Part shown: in pieces, positions 40,651 through 51,400 of the stretch
How the letters are laid out: each line of letters starts with the position of its first letter
How positions within the stretch are numbered: position 1 is the first letter of the stretch
Origin: Bacteroidia bacterium
GTDB lineage: Bacteria > Bacteroidota > Bacteroidia > NS11-12g > UBA9320
Assembly (NCBI GenBank): GCA_965216465.1
Contig: CBDCFW010000005.1
Location: 640,001 to 704,000 of the forward strand
Length of the DNA stretch: 64,000 nucleotides
Reading direction: 5' to 3'
Translations under genes and position numbers: made by a program
The notes under the pieces: model-generated
What the model was told of the DNA's origin: nothing
Databases searched by the model: none
The model's input: only the letters and a program-made list of their open reading frames with translations

Positions 40651-43600
40651 ATGAAAAAGCAAGCAATTAGCATCATTATTCTATGTACCGTACTATGCAT
40701 ATTTAGTTCATCCAAAGCACAACAAACCGAAAGTCAGTCAAGTTGGGAAAAACAAAACATGAGTGTTCAAGTTGCTCAACTAGAATATCACATTACGTTC
40801 GACCACAAAACTTCAACCTTACAATCGCCAAATAGAGCCCAAGGTTTAAGAAGTCGCTATTTACCAAATCAATGGATCATAGAAAGTCGAAATCCAAATC
40901 AACCCAATCGAATAAAAGCGGATATAAAATTTCTGGGTGTTGAATCGGACTTGGAAATTTTAAGCAGCGAAACGGAACCGAATCTAATAACAGACAAGAA
41001 TGCACTTGTTCAAGACTACGGCTCATATCAGATTGAGTATAACAATTCTCCTGAAGGTATAAAGCAGTCAATTGTTGTGCAACAAGACCCGAGCAGTGAA
41101 GATCAACTGAAATTTCACTTTTCTCTTGAAGGGCTAACTGCGAGGTTTAGTGAAGAAGTTCTGCATTTCTATGATGAGAATGGAAGTTTAAGACTAAGCT
41201 ACGATGAGCTCATTGCTTTTGATGCAGTTGGTAGAACTCTACCCTTAAAGCTGGAGTTGTCTGATAACAATTGGATTATTACGGTTTCAGAACAAGGTTG
41301 CACTTATCCAGTTACTTTAGACCCAACCATAAAAAATGCCGATATCTCATGGAGTGCTCATTCAGTTTCAGATAGTATGAAAACAGGCTTTGGTGCAAGC
41401 CTTAATTCCTATTATGGCTCTTACTGTGGTGCTCCTTTCTTTGACAATGGTCAGTTTAATGAGGGAGTAATTCTTAATGTAGGTGGTACTTCACCATCAA
41501 TTTACCTTCAATCTGACCATTCAGGAGCTTTATTTGGTTCAAGCATGAGCTATGGGTCCGTAAATGGCGATTCTTATGATGACCTTCTGGTAGGCGCACC
41601 TGGATACTCCAACGGCCAAGCCAGCGAGGGAGCAATGTACCTTTACTATGGGCTTGGCTTGGGATATTATTTTTGGGTTCCGTATTATGACAATTCAAAA
41701 CTAGATATTATAGAATCCAATAAAGACAGTGCACAACTTGGCAGTTCTGTTCATGTACTCAAAGATTTTGATGGAGATGGATATGGAGAAATTGTAGGAG
41801 GTGCACCAAAATACACAAATGGTCAGAATGACGAAGGAGCAGTATATTTTATGTATGGTGACAGCTCTGGTGTTGACACTTCAAGAATAAAAATTTTAGA
41901 ATCAAACAAAGCCAAGTCAAACTATGGTTATTCACTCACCTCAGCAGATTTCAACTATGACGGTTTTTCAGAGCTTATTGTGGGTGCTCCAAACTATGAG
42001 AACGGACAACTTGAAGAAGGAGGTGTTTTTGTATACTACGGTTCATCGTCTGGACTTAATGCTACATCGTTTACTTTATTAGAATCAAATAGGCTTCGAT
42101 CAAACTTTGGAAAAAGCATCGCCAACGGCCATGATATAAATGGTGATGGTTATGAAGATCTTCTCATCGGATCTCCGTCCTACTCACACCTAAACAGTGG
42201 CAATTGGATTGAAGGAGGTGGGGTATTTATTTTTTACGGTGGTGTAAATGGATTTAGTGTTTCAAACAGCGACACACTACTTTCTGATGACTACAATTTA
42301 AGATTTGGGGATGTTGTAGAGGGACTTGGAGATAGAAACTATGATGGTTATGCAGAAATTGCAGTTTTACAAAAAGGTAAAAGTTGGCCTTACTATAGTT
42401 TACAACATCTCACCAAGATTTCCATCTACAAGGGCTCGCAAACGGGACCAGACACTTCGAATATCAACGAAATCAATCATCCCTATGCGTTCAATATTGA
42501 ATTTAGCACATGGCAACTTTTAGTAGCATCTCAAAATGATACCAACTCCGCATATAACACTATTTATTTCTACAACTTTAACAATAAAGGTGATGTTAGA
42601 TCCCATTATTCTCAAGTCTTCTGGAACTCCGAGAATCACAACTTTAATTGTAGTGCAATTGGAGATGTAGATGGTGACAATAATCAAGATATAATGGTTT
42701 ATATGTCATACTACGATTTTGATATTTATGGTAAAAATCATATTCACTTGGGGTCAGACAAGGGTTTTCGAGAGTACTCAGATTGGATGCAATACACCTA
42801 CAATGTAGGAAACTACAAGTATGAAAAGGCAGGTGATGTAAATGGAGACTCATTAGATGACATGCTATTTATTGATCCCGGTCTGGTTGGAATTGTAGAT
42901 GATTACAAAAGTCACATGATAAGAGGCGTCGCATACCATACTAGCTTCTTATCTCACACAACTTTGGCATCGAAAGCCGGTGACGTGAATGGAGATGGAT
43001 ACGACGACATAATTATTGCTGGTGACGGATTAAGATTATACACCGGTAGTTCCAACGGCATCGACACCACCTACACGAATTGGATCAAAGACCACAATAA
43101 AGTTTACCAACACCTTGAGTTTATGGGCGACCTCAACCACGATGGGTTTGACGATATCGCTGCGTTGGTTTTAGATACCGCATCAAACGAAAATGAGTTG
43201 TATTTTTATTTGGGTCATGCAGGTGGTATAGATAAAACAAAACGCATTTTGTTCTATAAAGATTCAACCAAACAAATCACAGACATTTCTCTGGTCGGTG
43301 ACCTCAATAATGATAATCTACTTGATTTGGCTATTGGATTTACTGACACATTGAGCAACGAAGAAGTTTGGGTCTGCTATGGCGATTCTGCAGGATATGA
43401 CTCAGCATTCAAAACACTAGTACGTCCCAACATGAGCTCAACCTCCTTTGCTAAAGCAATTTCTCATGTCGATGTTAATGAGGATGGGATCGCTGACCTA
43501 GCCATTGGAGCTCCTGACTATGATGCTCAAGGCGAGGTTTTTGTTTATCTTGGGTCAAACGGCGAACTTGAAGAACATCCAGACTTCAAACTCGTTAAAA

Positions 43601-44922
43601 AAACGGGTATTGCTCCTATGGCTTCAGACTTTAAAAATTATGGAAGTTCACTTGATAATATAGATTCCAGCGGATTAATTATCAATGACGATAGTGCATT
43701 GGTTTACGGCAATTATTTTGCACCAAATCCACGAGGAGTTGCCAACGTTTTGAGATTTCAGAAAGATGACTTATCGTCAATATCCTCGGCTAGTAACACT
43801 ACAATTATTCAAGGCTGTGACAGTATTGTATACCATAATACAACTTATTTCAGAGACACTATATTCTGGTTAACCAAAGACACTTTTTATGATGTGATAG
43901 GCTTAGAAGTTGTAATGCTTAAAATTATTCATTCTAAAATAACGCACATTGACACCTCGGTGTGTGAGCTTTTTGTCACGGAAACTGGAGTAGAGTTCAC
44001 ATCTTCAGGAATTTTTGAGCAGACTTTCCAAACTTCATCTGGCTGCGACAGTATAGTATATATACACATTAACATTCTTCAGTCTGATGACTCACTAATT
44101 TCAGTTGAGGCATGTGAATTATATGTTTCAAATACTGGAAAAATATGGAGAAGTTCAGGAATCTACTCCGACTCCTTTATTAACATACTAGGTTGTGATA
44201 GCATAGTGAATTATAATCTCACCATCAGAAAAAGCACGTTATCCGAACAATCATTAACAGCTTGTGCTGAAGTTAAATTACATAACGGAGCAACGGTAAC
44301 GAATTCAGGAACTTATGCCGATACGCTTTTGAGTAAATGGGGGTGTGATAGCATCATTGTTCAACATGTAACCATCCATAAGCTAGACCGAACCGTACCT
44401 CCCTCATCGCTAACCACGAGACAAGGAAAAAACGCTCATTTTATAGTCAAAACAGATAGCTTAGCTGAGTCTATTCAATGGCAGTCTAACTTAGGATTTG
44501 GATTCGACGACCTATTCGACGCTGGTCAATACGATGGAGTAAACACAGACTCTCTTACGGTAATGAAAACCACTTATGGGAACAATAGGCAAGTGTTTCG
44601 ATGTATCGTTTCGAAACAATCATGCAAAGACACCACTCAGGTTGCAATTCTACACGTGGTTAGTGGTGCGGGAATAGAAAGCCTTCATGATTTCAGCAAG
44701 GTTACGGTATACCCCAACCCTACACAAAACAGGTTTTTCATTATGGGGCTCGATAAAAAAGAAATTGAACGATTGATTTTAATTGACACCTACAGCAAAT
44801 CTTATGAAGTTTCTATTCATGACAATTTAAGCATTGAACTGCCTAACGCTGCGGGGATGTATGTTTTGAGAATTAAACTTCACAGTGGCGAGGAAATGAA
44901 TTTTAGGGTTTTGAAAATTTAG
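40651..44922 (+). CDS. FG-GAP (integrin-alpha-like) repeat protein with GCDS repeats, Ig domain and T9SS type A CTD
   Basis: Many D(V/F/L)NGDGYxDxxxGAP Ca-binding loops. VYPNP..AGMYVL CTD. Start MKKQ at 40651. Confidence 0.9.
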   Translation: MKKQAISIIILCTVLCIFSSSKAQQTESQSSWEKQNMSVQVAQLEYHITFDHKTSTLQSPNRAQGLRSRYLPNQWIIESRNPNQPNRIKADIKFLGVESDLEILSSETEPNLITDKNALVQDYGSYQIEYNNSPEGIKQSIVVQQDPSSEDQLKFHFSLEGLTARFSEEVLHFYDENGSLRLSYDELIAFDAVGRTLPLKLELSDNNWIITVSEQGCTYPVTLDPTIKNADISWSAHSVSDSMKTGFGASLNSYYGSYCGAPFFDNGQFNEGVILNVGGTSPSIYLQSDHSGALFGSSMSYGSVNGDSYDDLLVGAPGYSNGQASEGAMYLYYGLGLGYYFWVPYYDNSKLDIIESNKDSAQLGSSVHVLKDFDGDGYGEIVGGAPKYTNGQNDEGAVYFMYGDSSGVDTSRIKILESNKAKSNYGYSLTSADFNYDGFSELIVGAPNYENGQLEEGGVFVYYGSSSGLNATSFTLLESNRLRSNFGKSIANGHDINGDGYEDLLIGSPSYSHLNSGNWIEGGGVFIFYGGVNGFSVSNSDTLLSDDYNLRFGDVVEGLGDRNYDGYAEIAVLQKGKSWPYYSLQHLTKISIYKGSQTGPDTSNINEINHPYAFNIEFSTWQLLVASQNDTNSAYNTIYFYNFNNKGDVRSHYSQVFWNSENHNFNCSAIGDVDGDNNQDIMVYMSYYDFDIYGKNHIHLGSDKGFREYSDWMQYTYNVGNYKYEKAGDVNGDSLDDMLFIDPGLVGIVDDYKSHMIRGVAYHTSFLSHTTLASKAGDVNGDGYDDIIIAGDGLRLYTGSSNGIDTTYTNWIKDHNKVYQHLEFMGDLNHDGFDDIAALVLDTASNENELYFYLGHAGGIDKTKRILFYKDSTKQITDISLVGDLNNDNLLDLAIGFTDTLSNEEVWVCYGDSAGYDSAFKTLVRPNMSSTSFAKAISHVDVNEDGIADLAIGAPDYDAQGEVFVYLGSNGELEEHPDFKLVKKTGIAPMASDFKNYGSSLDNIDSSGLIINDDSALVYGNYFAPNPRGVANVLRFQKDDLSSISSASNTTIIQGCDSIVYHNTTYFRDTIFWLTKDTFYDVIGLEVVMLKIIHSKITHIDTSVCELFVTETGVEFTSSGIFEQTFQTSSGCDSIVYIHINILQSDDSLISVEACELYVSNTGKIWRSSGIYSDSFINILGCDSIVNYNLTIRKSTLSEQSLTACAEVKLHNGATVTNSGTYADTLLSKWGCDSIIVQHVTIHKLDRTVPPSSLTTRQGKNAHFIVKTDSLAESIQWQSNLGFGFDDLFDAGQYDGVNTDSLTVMKTTYGNNRQVFRCIVSKQSCKDTTQVAILHVVSGAGIESLHDFSKVTVYPNPTQNRFFIMGLDKKEIERLILIDTYSKSYEVSIHDNLSIELPNAAGMYVLRIKLHSGEEMNFRVLKI

Positions 44923-44956
44923 TTTAGGCTAATGATGATAAGCATATGCCTTAAAC

Positions 44957-45685
44957 TTAAGCACCATTCTTAGTAATCTTATAAAATTGATATAAGCCGA
45001 TGGCAGCAAAGAAATGCTTCAAACTGTGTCCGCTCATTACGTTTAACGCATCATGTATTTGCACATCATAGGTTTCTGCCACTTTAGCAAGAACATACCA
45101 AGCCAGCAATACCCAAAAAGGTTTAGGCGAGATTCCCGTTGATTTTTGTGTGAGCAGAATAACGGGGATTGAAACCATTGGAAAAAACTGAACCAACACA
45201 TACGGTCGGAGGTCGCCTAATGCAACCCAGTGTATGATAGAGTATAGTCCTACAACCAAAAGGATAAACAACATCATTTTATCTTGTTTAACTCCTAAGA
45301 AATCTCTTAATAGAACTGAAAATAAGGTCATAAAACAGATGGTCATTGGAAGGCGATCCCAAATGAGCGTTTCATTTGTAGGAGCCCAGTGATAGTAGCC
45401 CGAACCTAACCCAACCAATGCGATACCACTATAGAGGAAAACCACATGCAAGCTACCAACCTTAGACGCCTTGTAGCTCCTAAGCCCTAGAATCCCAATT
45501 AAAATGAAGGGTAAATTACTCATCACATTCCAGAAGTTTGGCATGCCCCAAATACTTCCTTCATCACTAAAATTATGATAAGATTGTTCTTGAGCAATTG
45601 GGCCATGAATAAAAAGACCAATAACAATACTTATGAAAAACACAAGCATTAGAATTTTCCCAACTTGTTGTTTGCGAAGGTTCAT
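44957..45685 (-). CDS. Ceramidase-like (alkaline phytoceramidase/CREST) membrane hydrolase
   Basis: YHNFSD, NVMSNLPF, GSGYYH, WDRLPM and SGHSLKH motifs. Confidence 0.85.
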   Translation of the reverse strand: MNLRKQQVGKILMLVFFISIVIGLFIHGPIAQEQSYHNFSDEGSIWGMPNFWNVMSNLPFILIGILGLRSYKASKVGSLHVVFLYSGIALVGLGSGYYHWAPTNETLIWDRLPMTICFMTLFSVLLRDFLGVKQDKMMLFILLVVGLYSIIHWVALGDLRPYVLVQFFPMVSIPVILLTQKSTGISPKPFWVLLAWYVLAKVAETYDVQIHDALNVMSGHSLKHFFAAIGLYQFYKITKNGA

Positions 45686-45784
45686 TTGATCAGATGTTAG
45701 TGACCAAATTTAGGGATTTTCTGTGATTAGATGATGTTCCCGAACGTACTAGGCTTCATTTATTCTGTCAATCTGCGTCCCTAA

Positions 45785-46354
45785 CTAATGCAAGATGCTT
45801 GATATTGAAGATTGCAAATTTGGAAGCACTTCAGCTTCAAACCATTCATTTCGTTTAAGCCAAATGTTGTTTCTTGGTGAAGGATGTGGTAATGGAATAA
45901 ATTTAGGAAGATATTCTGTATAGCTTCTCACAGTATCAGTGAGTGTTCTTTTTTTATCGGTCAAATAATAGTTCATGGCATAACTGCCAACAAGAAGTGT
46001 CAATTCAACGTTTGGCATCTTATCCAATAATTTTTGATGCCAAAGTGGGGCACATTCGGGGCGAGGTGCCAGATCACCTGATCTACCTCGACCCGGATAA
46101 CAAAACCCCATAGGTACCAATGCAATTAGTTCTTCATTGTAGAATTCTTGAGAAGAAACCCCCATCCACTCCCTCAACCTTTTTCCGCTGGCATCATCCC
46201 AAGGAATTCCTGATTCATGAACTTTGCTTCCTGGTGCCTGGCCTATAATTACTATCTTACTTTTGGGATGTGCACTTAGCACCGGATTTGTACCGTTGCT
46301 AAGAAATACTTCACACACCTTGCAACTCCTAATTTCAGAAAGCAATTTTTCCAT
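45785..46354 (-). CDS. Uracil-DNA glycosylase superfamily protein
   Basis: CxxC, IGQAPG, PMGFCYPG, PRPECAP and LPHPSPRN motifs. Confidence 0.9.
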   Translation of the reverse strand: MEKLLSEIRSCKVCEVFLSNGTNPVLSAHPKSKIVIIGQAPGSKVHESGIPWDDASGKRLREWMGVSSQEFYNEELIALVPMGFCYPGRGRSGDLAPRPECAPLWHQKLLDKMPNVELTLLVGSYAMNYYLTDKKRTLTDTVRSYTEYLPKFIPLPHPSPRNNIWLKRNEWFEAEVLPNLQSSISSILH

Positions 46355-46411
46355 ATTTATAATTACGATTTCAAGTCTAAAACTGACAGGAAACCAGCTC
46401 GAAACTAGCTC

Positions 46412-46843
46412 CTAACCTTGGTTCTTTTGCAATTCTGTATGAATGTACTTAAGTCCTAGTCCCATTGGAACTAAAAAAATTCCCAAAGCAATTAAAGCTG
46501 AAACTAGAGCCGAAGTCTCTCCCACCAAATTAACCAGTAAAGGAATATAATATCCCTTCCAAGCCAATAAGGCAATATCGAAAATCGAGATTAGTAAAAA
46601 CAGGTGATACAGGGTCTTTAGCATGATCAGATCCTTGCTCACTAAAGCTCTAATCAATACAATTCCAAACGCCAAATGACGCACAGCAAAAAACTGTATC
46701 GGGAAATCTGCTTCACCTCCTCCTAGACTTGGCCAAGGAAGATCTGGCCTAAAAATGCTCATCAACCCAAAGAGTACAACATTGCTTAAAATTAGTAAAG
46801 CAGTTAACCCTACAAACCAGGTTGCCAATTTTTGAACTCTCAT
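46412..46843 (-). CDS. 4-TM membrane protein (DUF4267-like)
   Basis: FAVRHLAFG..D motif. Overlaps the SRPBCC stop by 4 nt. Confidence 0.6.
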   Translation of the reverse strand: MRVQKLATWFVGLTALLILSNVVLFGLMSIFRPDLPWPSLGGGEADFPIQFFAVRHLAFGIVLIRALVSKDLIMLKTLYHLFLLISIFDIALLAWKGYYIPLLVNLVGETSALVSALIALGIFLVPMGLGLKYIHTELQKNQG

Positions 46844-47340
46844 TTTAAACTTCTTTTTAATTTACGTGGATGCACTTCGCCAGTTTCGACATAGTGCTTA
46901 AGTTCTTCTAGCTGTTCTTGAAAGCCCTTATTTAAACCTGCTTTCAACACAGGATACAATAACTTACCGGCAGTTTTAAGATTTAAATCAGAATCCATTA
47001 CCACTTCAGTTGAATTCTCATCAATTGCAGTAAGCGTATAAGTAGCATTGTTCTGTTCAATTGGAATTTTACCGTTTCGAGGAACAACATGAATTCCAAG
47101 CTTCATATTTTCTGGGTCGAAACAAGTAATGGTTTCATCAGCAATCGGCCCATTATCGCTTTCTGTTAGATTACAATAACGTCCGACCATTTCAGCTCCT
47201 TCAATGGTCTCACCATCTTTCTTTTCTGATGACGATACTACCGCTGACATCCACTCTCCTGCTTTGTCAAAATCTTCAGCCAATACAGACCATACTGCTT
47301 TAGCTGGTTTTTCGATTGTAATTTTTCTTTGTACTTTCAT
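46840..47340 (-). CDS. SRPBCC/polyketide cyclase (START-like) protein
   Basis: ITIEKPAKAVWSVL..W and LEELKHYVETG. Start ATG 47340 lies downstream of the -7 box GACCTTTG (47361-47368). Confidence 0.85.
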   Translation of the reverse strand: MKVQRKITIEKPAKAVWSVLAEDFDKAGEWMSAVVSSSEKKDGETIEGAEMVGRYCNLTESDNGPIADETITCFDPENMKLGIHVVPRNGKIPIEQNNATYTLTAIDENSTEVVMDSDLNLKTAGKLLYPVLKAGLNKGFQEQLEELKHYVETGEVHPRKLKRSLK

Positions 47341-47388
47341 TTTCTTAAGTTTTGTTAGTACAAAGGTCAATACAGCCACTAGCTCCTA

Positions 47389-47426
47389 TTTGGCAGAAAA
47401 GACCAAAAATTTGGAGAATAAGTTCA
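47389..47426 (-). promoter_or_regulatory. Probable binding site of the adjacent AraC: TGAACTTATTCTCCAAA-N4-TGGTCTTTTCTGCCAAA
   Basis: 21-bp-period direct repeat starting 62 nt before the TTTG at 47364. Confidence 0.6.
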
Positions 47427-47427
47427 C

Positions 47428-48273
47428 CTAAGCTGAGGATCTATATTCTGAAGGACTTAATCCAACTAGATTATGAAATGTTTTTGAGAAATGGCTTAAA
47501 TCATTAAAGCCGACATCATATGCAATTTCAGATACATTAAATGTAGAAGACTGCAACAGGAATTTGGCCCGCTCTACCCTCCTACCTATGATGTACTGAT
47601 TTGGACTCTGACCAAAAACTTCTTTAAATTTTCGTTTAAAACTCGATAAGCTCAGCCCAGCAAGATGAGCGAGATCTGGCAACTGCAAATCTTCATACAA
47701 ATTTGCTTCAACCACTTCAGTTAAAGCATAATTATTCTTGATAAAGAGAGATCCTAAAATCCTATGGATATTGCCACTATTGTCAAGACTTACCAAGAGT
47801 TGAATGAGTTCTCTTACCTTTAATCGAATCACCTCTTCAGAAACCATTTCTTGATGATCAAAATATTGTCTTAAACTTTGGATATAGAGGTCAATCATTT
47901 CATTTTTCTTGACCACTTCAATGGGATCTGTCTCTTGGAAGTTCGAGGTAAAAACAGCTGGAAGATTTTGCCCGTAGATTTGGGTTAGCACCTCAGGAAT
48001 AATTCTGATAATAATTACTTCAGACTGACTGCCATCGTCATTCTCGTAATGCTGATTGATAAAAGATTCACTTTTCATCAAAAAACTGTCGCCGGTTTTG
48101 ACTATTGCTTGTCCTTTGGGTACGTTGAGCTTTGAATATCCCTTAACCACAAAAACAAAGCGTGCCTCATTAACCATATCTTCGCCTGCTTTAAATGGAG
48201 GACTAAAAACCGCACGACCAATTACCGTCTCTTCACCAAGTTTAAAATCGATCCGTTGAAAAGGTTTTGCCAT
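47428..48273 (-). CDS. AraC-family regulator (ExsA-like N-terminal domain)
   Basis: LAHLAGLSLSSFKRKF..VSEIAYDVGFNDLSHFSKTF. TATATTTG (48279-86) lies 5 nt before ATG 48273. Confidence 0.92.
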   Translation of the reverse strand: MAKPFQRIDFKLGEETVIGRAVFSPPFKAGEDMVNEARFVFVVKGYSKLNVPKGQAIVKTGDSFLMKSESFINQHYENDDGSQSEVIIIRIIPEVLTQIYGQNLPAVFTSNFQETDPIEVVKKNEMIDLYIQSLRQYFDHQEMVSEEVIRLKVRELIQLLVSLDNSGNIHRILGSLFIKNNYALTEVVEANLYEDLQLPDLAHLAGLSLSSFKRKFKEVFGQSPNQYIIGRRVERAKFLLQSSTFNVSEIAYDVGFNDLSHFSKTFHNLVGLSPSEYRSSA

Positions 48274-48434
48274 TAAGACAAATATAGAAATCTGCATTAG
48301 AGTGACATTAACAGCTAAGATTCAGAAAGTAGGGTTTAAGTTACTAGAAATGCAGAATCCACTTATTATCAATTCGATGCGTTATCTTAGAGCCGTGAAA
48401 ACAAGATGGGTCCATTATAGAACCTATTCTTAGC

Positions 48435-51400
48435 ATGCGAAAATCAGTCTTATACATACACCTAATATACACCTTTGCATTAAGCATCATCTTTTGCCTT
48501 CAGTCTTATGGGCAGATGAAAGGTTTAAGTGCTGAAAATATCACATTTGATTCTGGGAAAAAGTTAAGCCATACGCAAAACATCGTAGAAGACGAAACTG
48601 GTTTATTGTGGATTGGGCGATGGACCGGTGCCTCTTTTGAACTCGACATCGAGCAAGATGCCATAGTAACATTCGACGGCCACCGTGTTGAATCACCAAG
48701 TGAAGACTTTCTAAGGATGTTGGGAAACAGTCATCATTTATTAGGAAAAACAACCGAAGGGCAGCTGATTTTTGGTGGAGATGACATCAAATTTGTTGAC
48801 CCAATTAAGCGTGTAGTAGAACAAAAGTTTACCTTAAAAGACACCCGCTTGTTGAACCTGTATGGTAGAGGAAAAATCGCGGAGTTGATTCAGTATGAAA
48901 AAGAAATTTGGGCGGTACTAATCTACAAATCTGTTCCAGCAAGTCGAAAAATGATGCTTCTAAAAAGTAACAGCGACAACGAGCTAGAAAAGGTTGCGAT
49001 TCTTGACTCCAATTACCCAATGATCAAGCAACGTACAGGCCAATCTCAAAACTACATTTATTATGTTGATGGCAAAAAAGTCATGATTCTTGACAAGTCT
49101 AATCATGAGCTAGATTCAGTTGCCATTACATTATCAGATAACGAAGAAATTCAAGATTTAGAGTATGACGAATACGACAACATCTTTATAAAAATTGGTA
49201 ATCAAGAGTACGGTCATTATGGGCATATAGACACAAGCTTTAAACTCTTAAAACTGAATCTTAGAACGCATAGTAAAGAGTATTTCCAAATCCCAAGAAT
49301 TGACGGTTTGAGTTCTACTGCAGAGGTGCTACGTGAAAAGAACTATTTATGGATCTATGGCGACGATTTCAGATTGTTCCAATACGACATTGAAAGCAAG
49401 CAAATTGTTTCGCTCAGAGAACCGCTACTTACAAGTTTGCCTGAGCACCAGGAATACACCAACCCTATCTTCCATATTTACAGAGACCGATCAGGTGCTT
49501 ATTGGGCAGGCGGTTTGAACGGACTGATTCGATTTACCCTTCGTCCAGAACACATAAAAACCTTAATGACTGGAAAGAATGCAAATGAAGAATGCTTAGG
49601 AGAATTTTGCTCGTTACGGGGTATGTGCAAAGACAATAAAGGTAACATATACCTCAGTTATGAGAATGGCATTAAAAAACTTGATGCAATCACGTATGAA
49701 TCAACTGAGTTGAACTTAAAGCTATCGGCGAAAGAAAAGCTTGGGGCTTTTGACATTTCTTACTTTGATGGAAAGATTTTTTGGTTGGATAAAATTATCG
49801 ACCCAGTTACCGGTGAAGCTAAAATTCTATTTCCTAATAAGACGTCTCCTCGCTTTGTACATACCCTAGACACGATAAATGAGGTGTTGTGGCTAATGGA
49901 GAACGGCAACTTAAATAGCATTTACAAGTACGATTTAAAAAATCAGATATCGAGCAAAATCGCCTTAAACCTATTTCAGCATTCGGAGGGGTATTATGAA
50001 GTTCACAATCTTCAATATAATCATGAAAAAAACACCATTGTTCTATGCACCAAACCGTTTCTTGGGATTATCGATACTACAGGAAAAGTTTTAGAAGACT
50101 ACACCTTGGTCATTGGTTCAAATCGTTTTGGAGGACCAGCCATGTACATGGAAAACGCTTCAAAACTTTGGAGTATTAGCAATCTTGTTCATGGTCTACG
50201 TGAAATAAATCTATCTACACATGAAGTTAAAACTTACCCATTTCAAGATGTGACGGAAAAGGAGTTGGAAAAAGCTACGGTGTTTTTTATTCAACGGTTT
50301 GGCGAAGACCTCTATTTAGGAACTGCCCAAGGATTGGCCATTTTTGAAGGTCCTTCCGGTCCTCTTCGTTTTTTTGAAGAGGATTGGTTCTCAATTGATT
50401 TCGAATTTAATCGCAGTTCAAATTTTGCTAACAATAAAAACTTAATGGTTGGCACAACGCGTGGTTTGCTCATTTTTAATCCCGAAATCAGCAAAAAGCA
50501 ATTTAATCAAGAACATAATAATCGTGTTAATTTAAGAAGTCTATCCTATCAAGACGAGGCTAAAGGGACCGTCAAGTTTGGACCAGAACAATTGATAGAA
50601 CAGCAAATAACATTGCCCCCAAGTCAACGCATGTTTAGCCTTAATGTTTCCGTTTCTGAGTATCTAAACAGAAGAAACTTAAGATATAGCCATTGGTTAG
50701 AAGGTTTTGAAGAAGATTATTCTTCTCTTAGTTCTGAAGCAAACATCACATACTCCTATCTACCTCCAGGCAGGTATAAACTCCATATCAAAGGTGGAAC
50801 AACTCATTTTTCGAGGGAAAACAGTGAGGTAATTCTTCATATTTATGTGCAAGAGTATTGGTACAAATCGGGATTAGCTTATTTAAGCTACGGGCTAATC
50901 TTAAGTCTGCTAGTTTGGCTTGGCTATCGATTCAATCTGAGAAGACATAAAGAACGAAATGAAGCCGAAAATCTTAGAAAACTTGATGAGTTCAAGAGTG
51001 AATTTTTTACAAATATCACGCATGAGTTTAGAACTCCTCTAACCGTTATATTAGGTGCAGCAGGTGAGTTGAACCAAGGAAGCAATGAACAATCGGTGAT
51101 CCAAAGAAATGGCAAACGTCTTCTAAATTTGATTAATGAGATTCTCAACTTGTCTAAACTTGAATCGGGAAAATTGAAACTATTACTAGTGCAAATTGAC
51201 ATCGTTTCTTACCTCAAGCATCATGTAAACCTGTATCACTCGTTCGCTGCAACAAAGGGGCAAAGTATTGAATTCAAATCGAATTTATCGGAGTTTTATG
51301 TCGACGTAGATCAGTCTAAGTTACAAACAGTATTGGAGAATTTAATATCAAATGCAGTGAAGTTTGGCCCTAGAGATTCAACAATTAGAGTAGAATTGAC

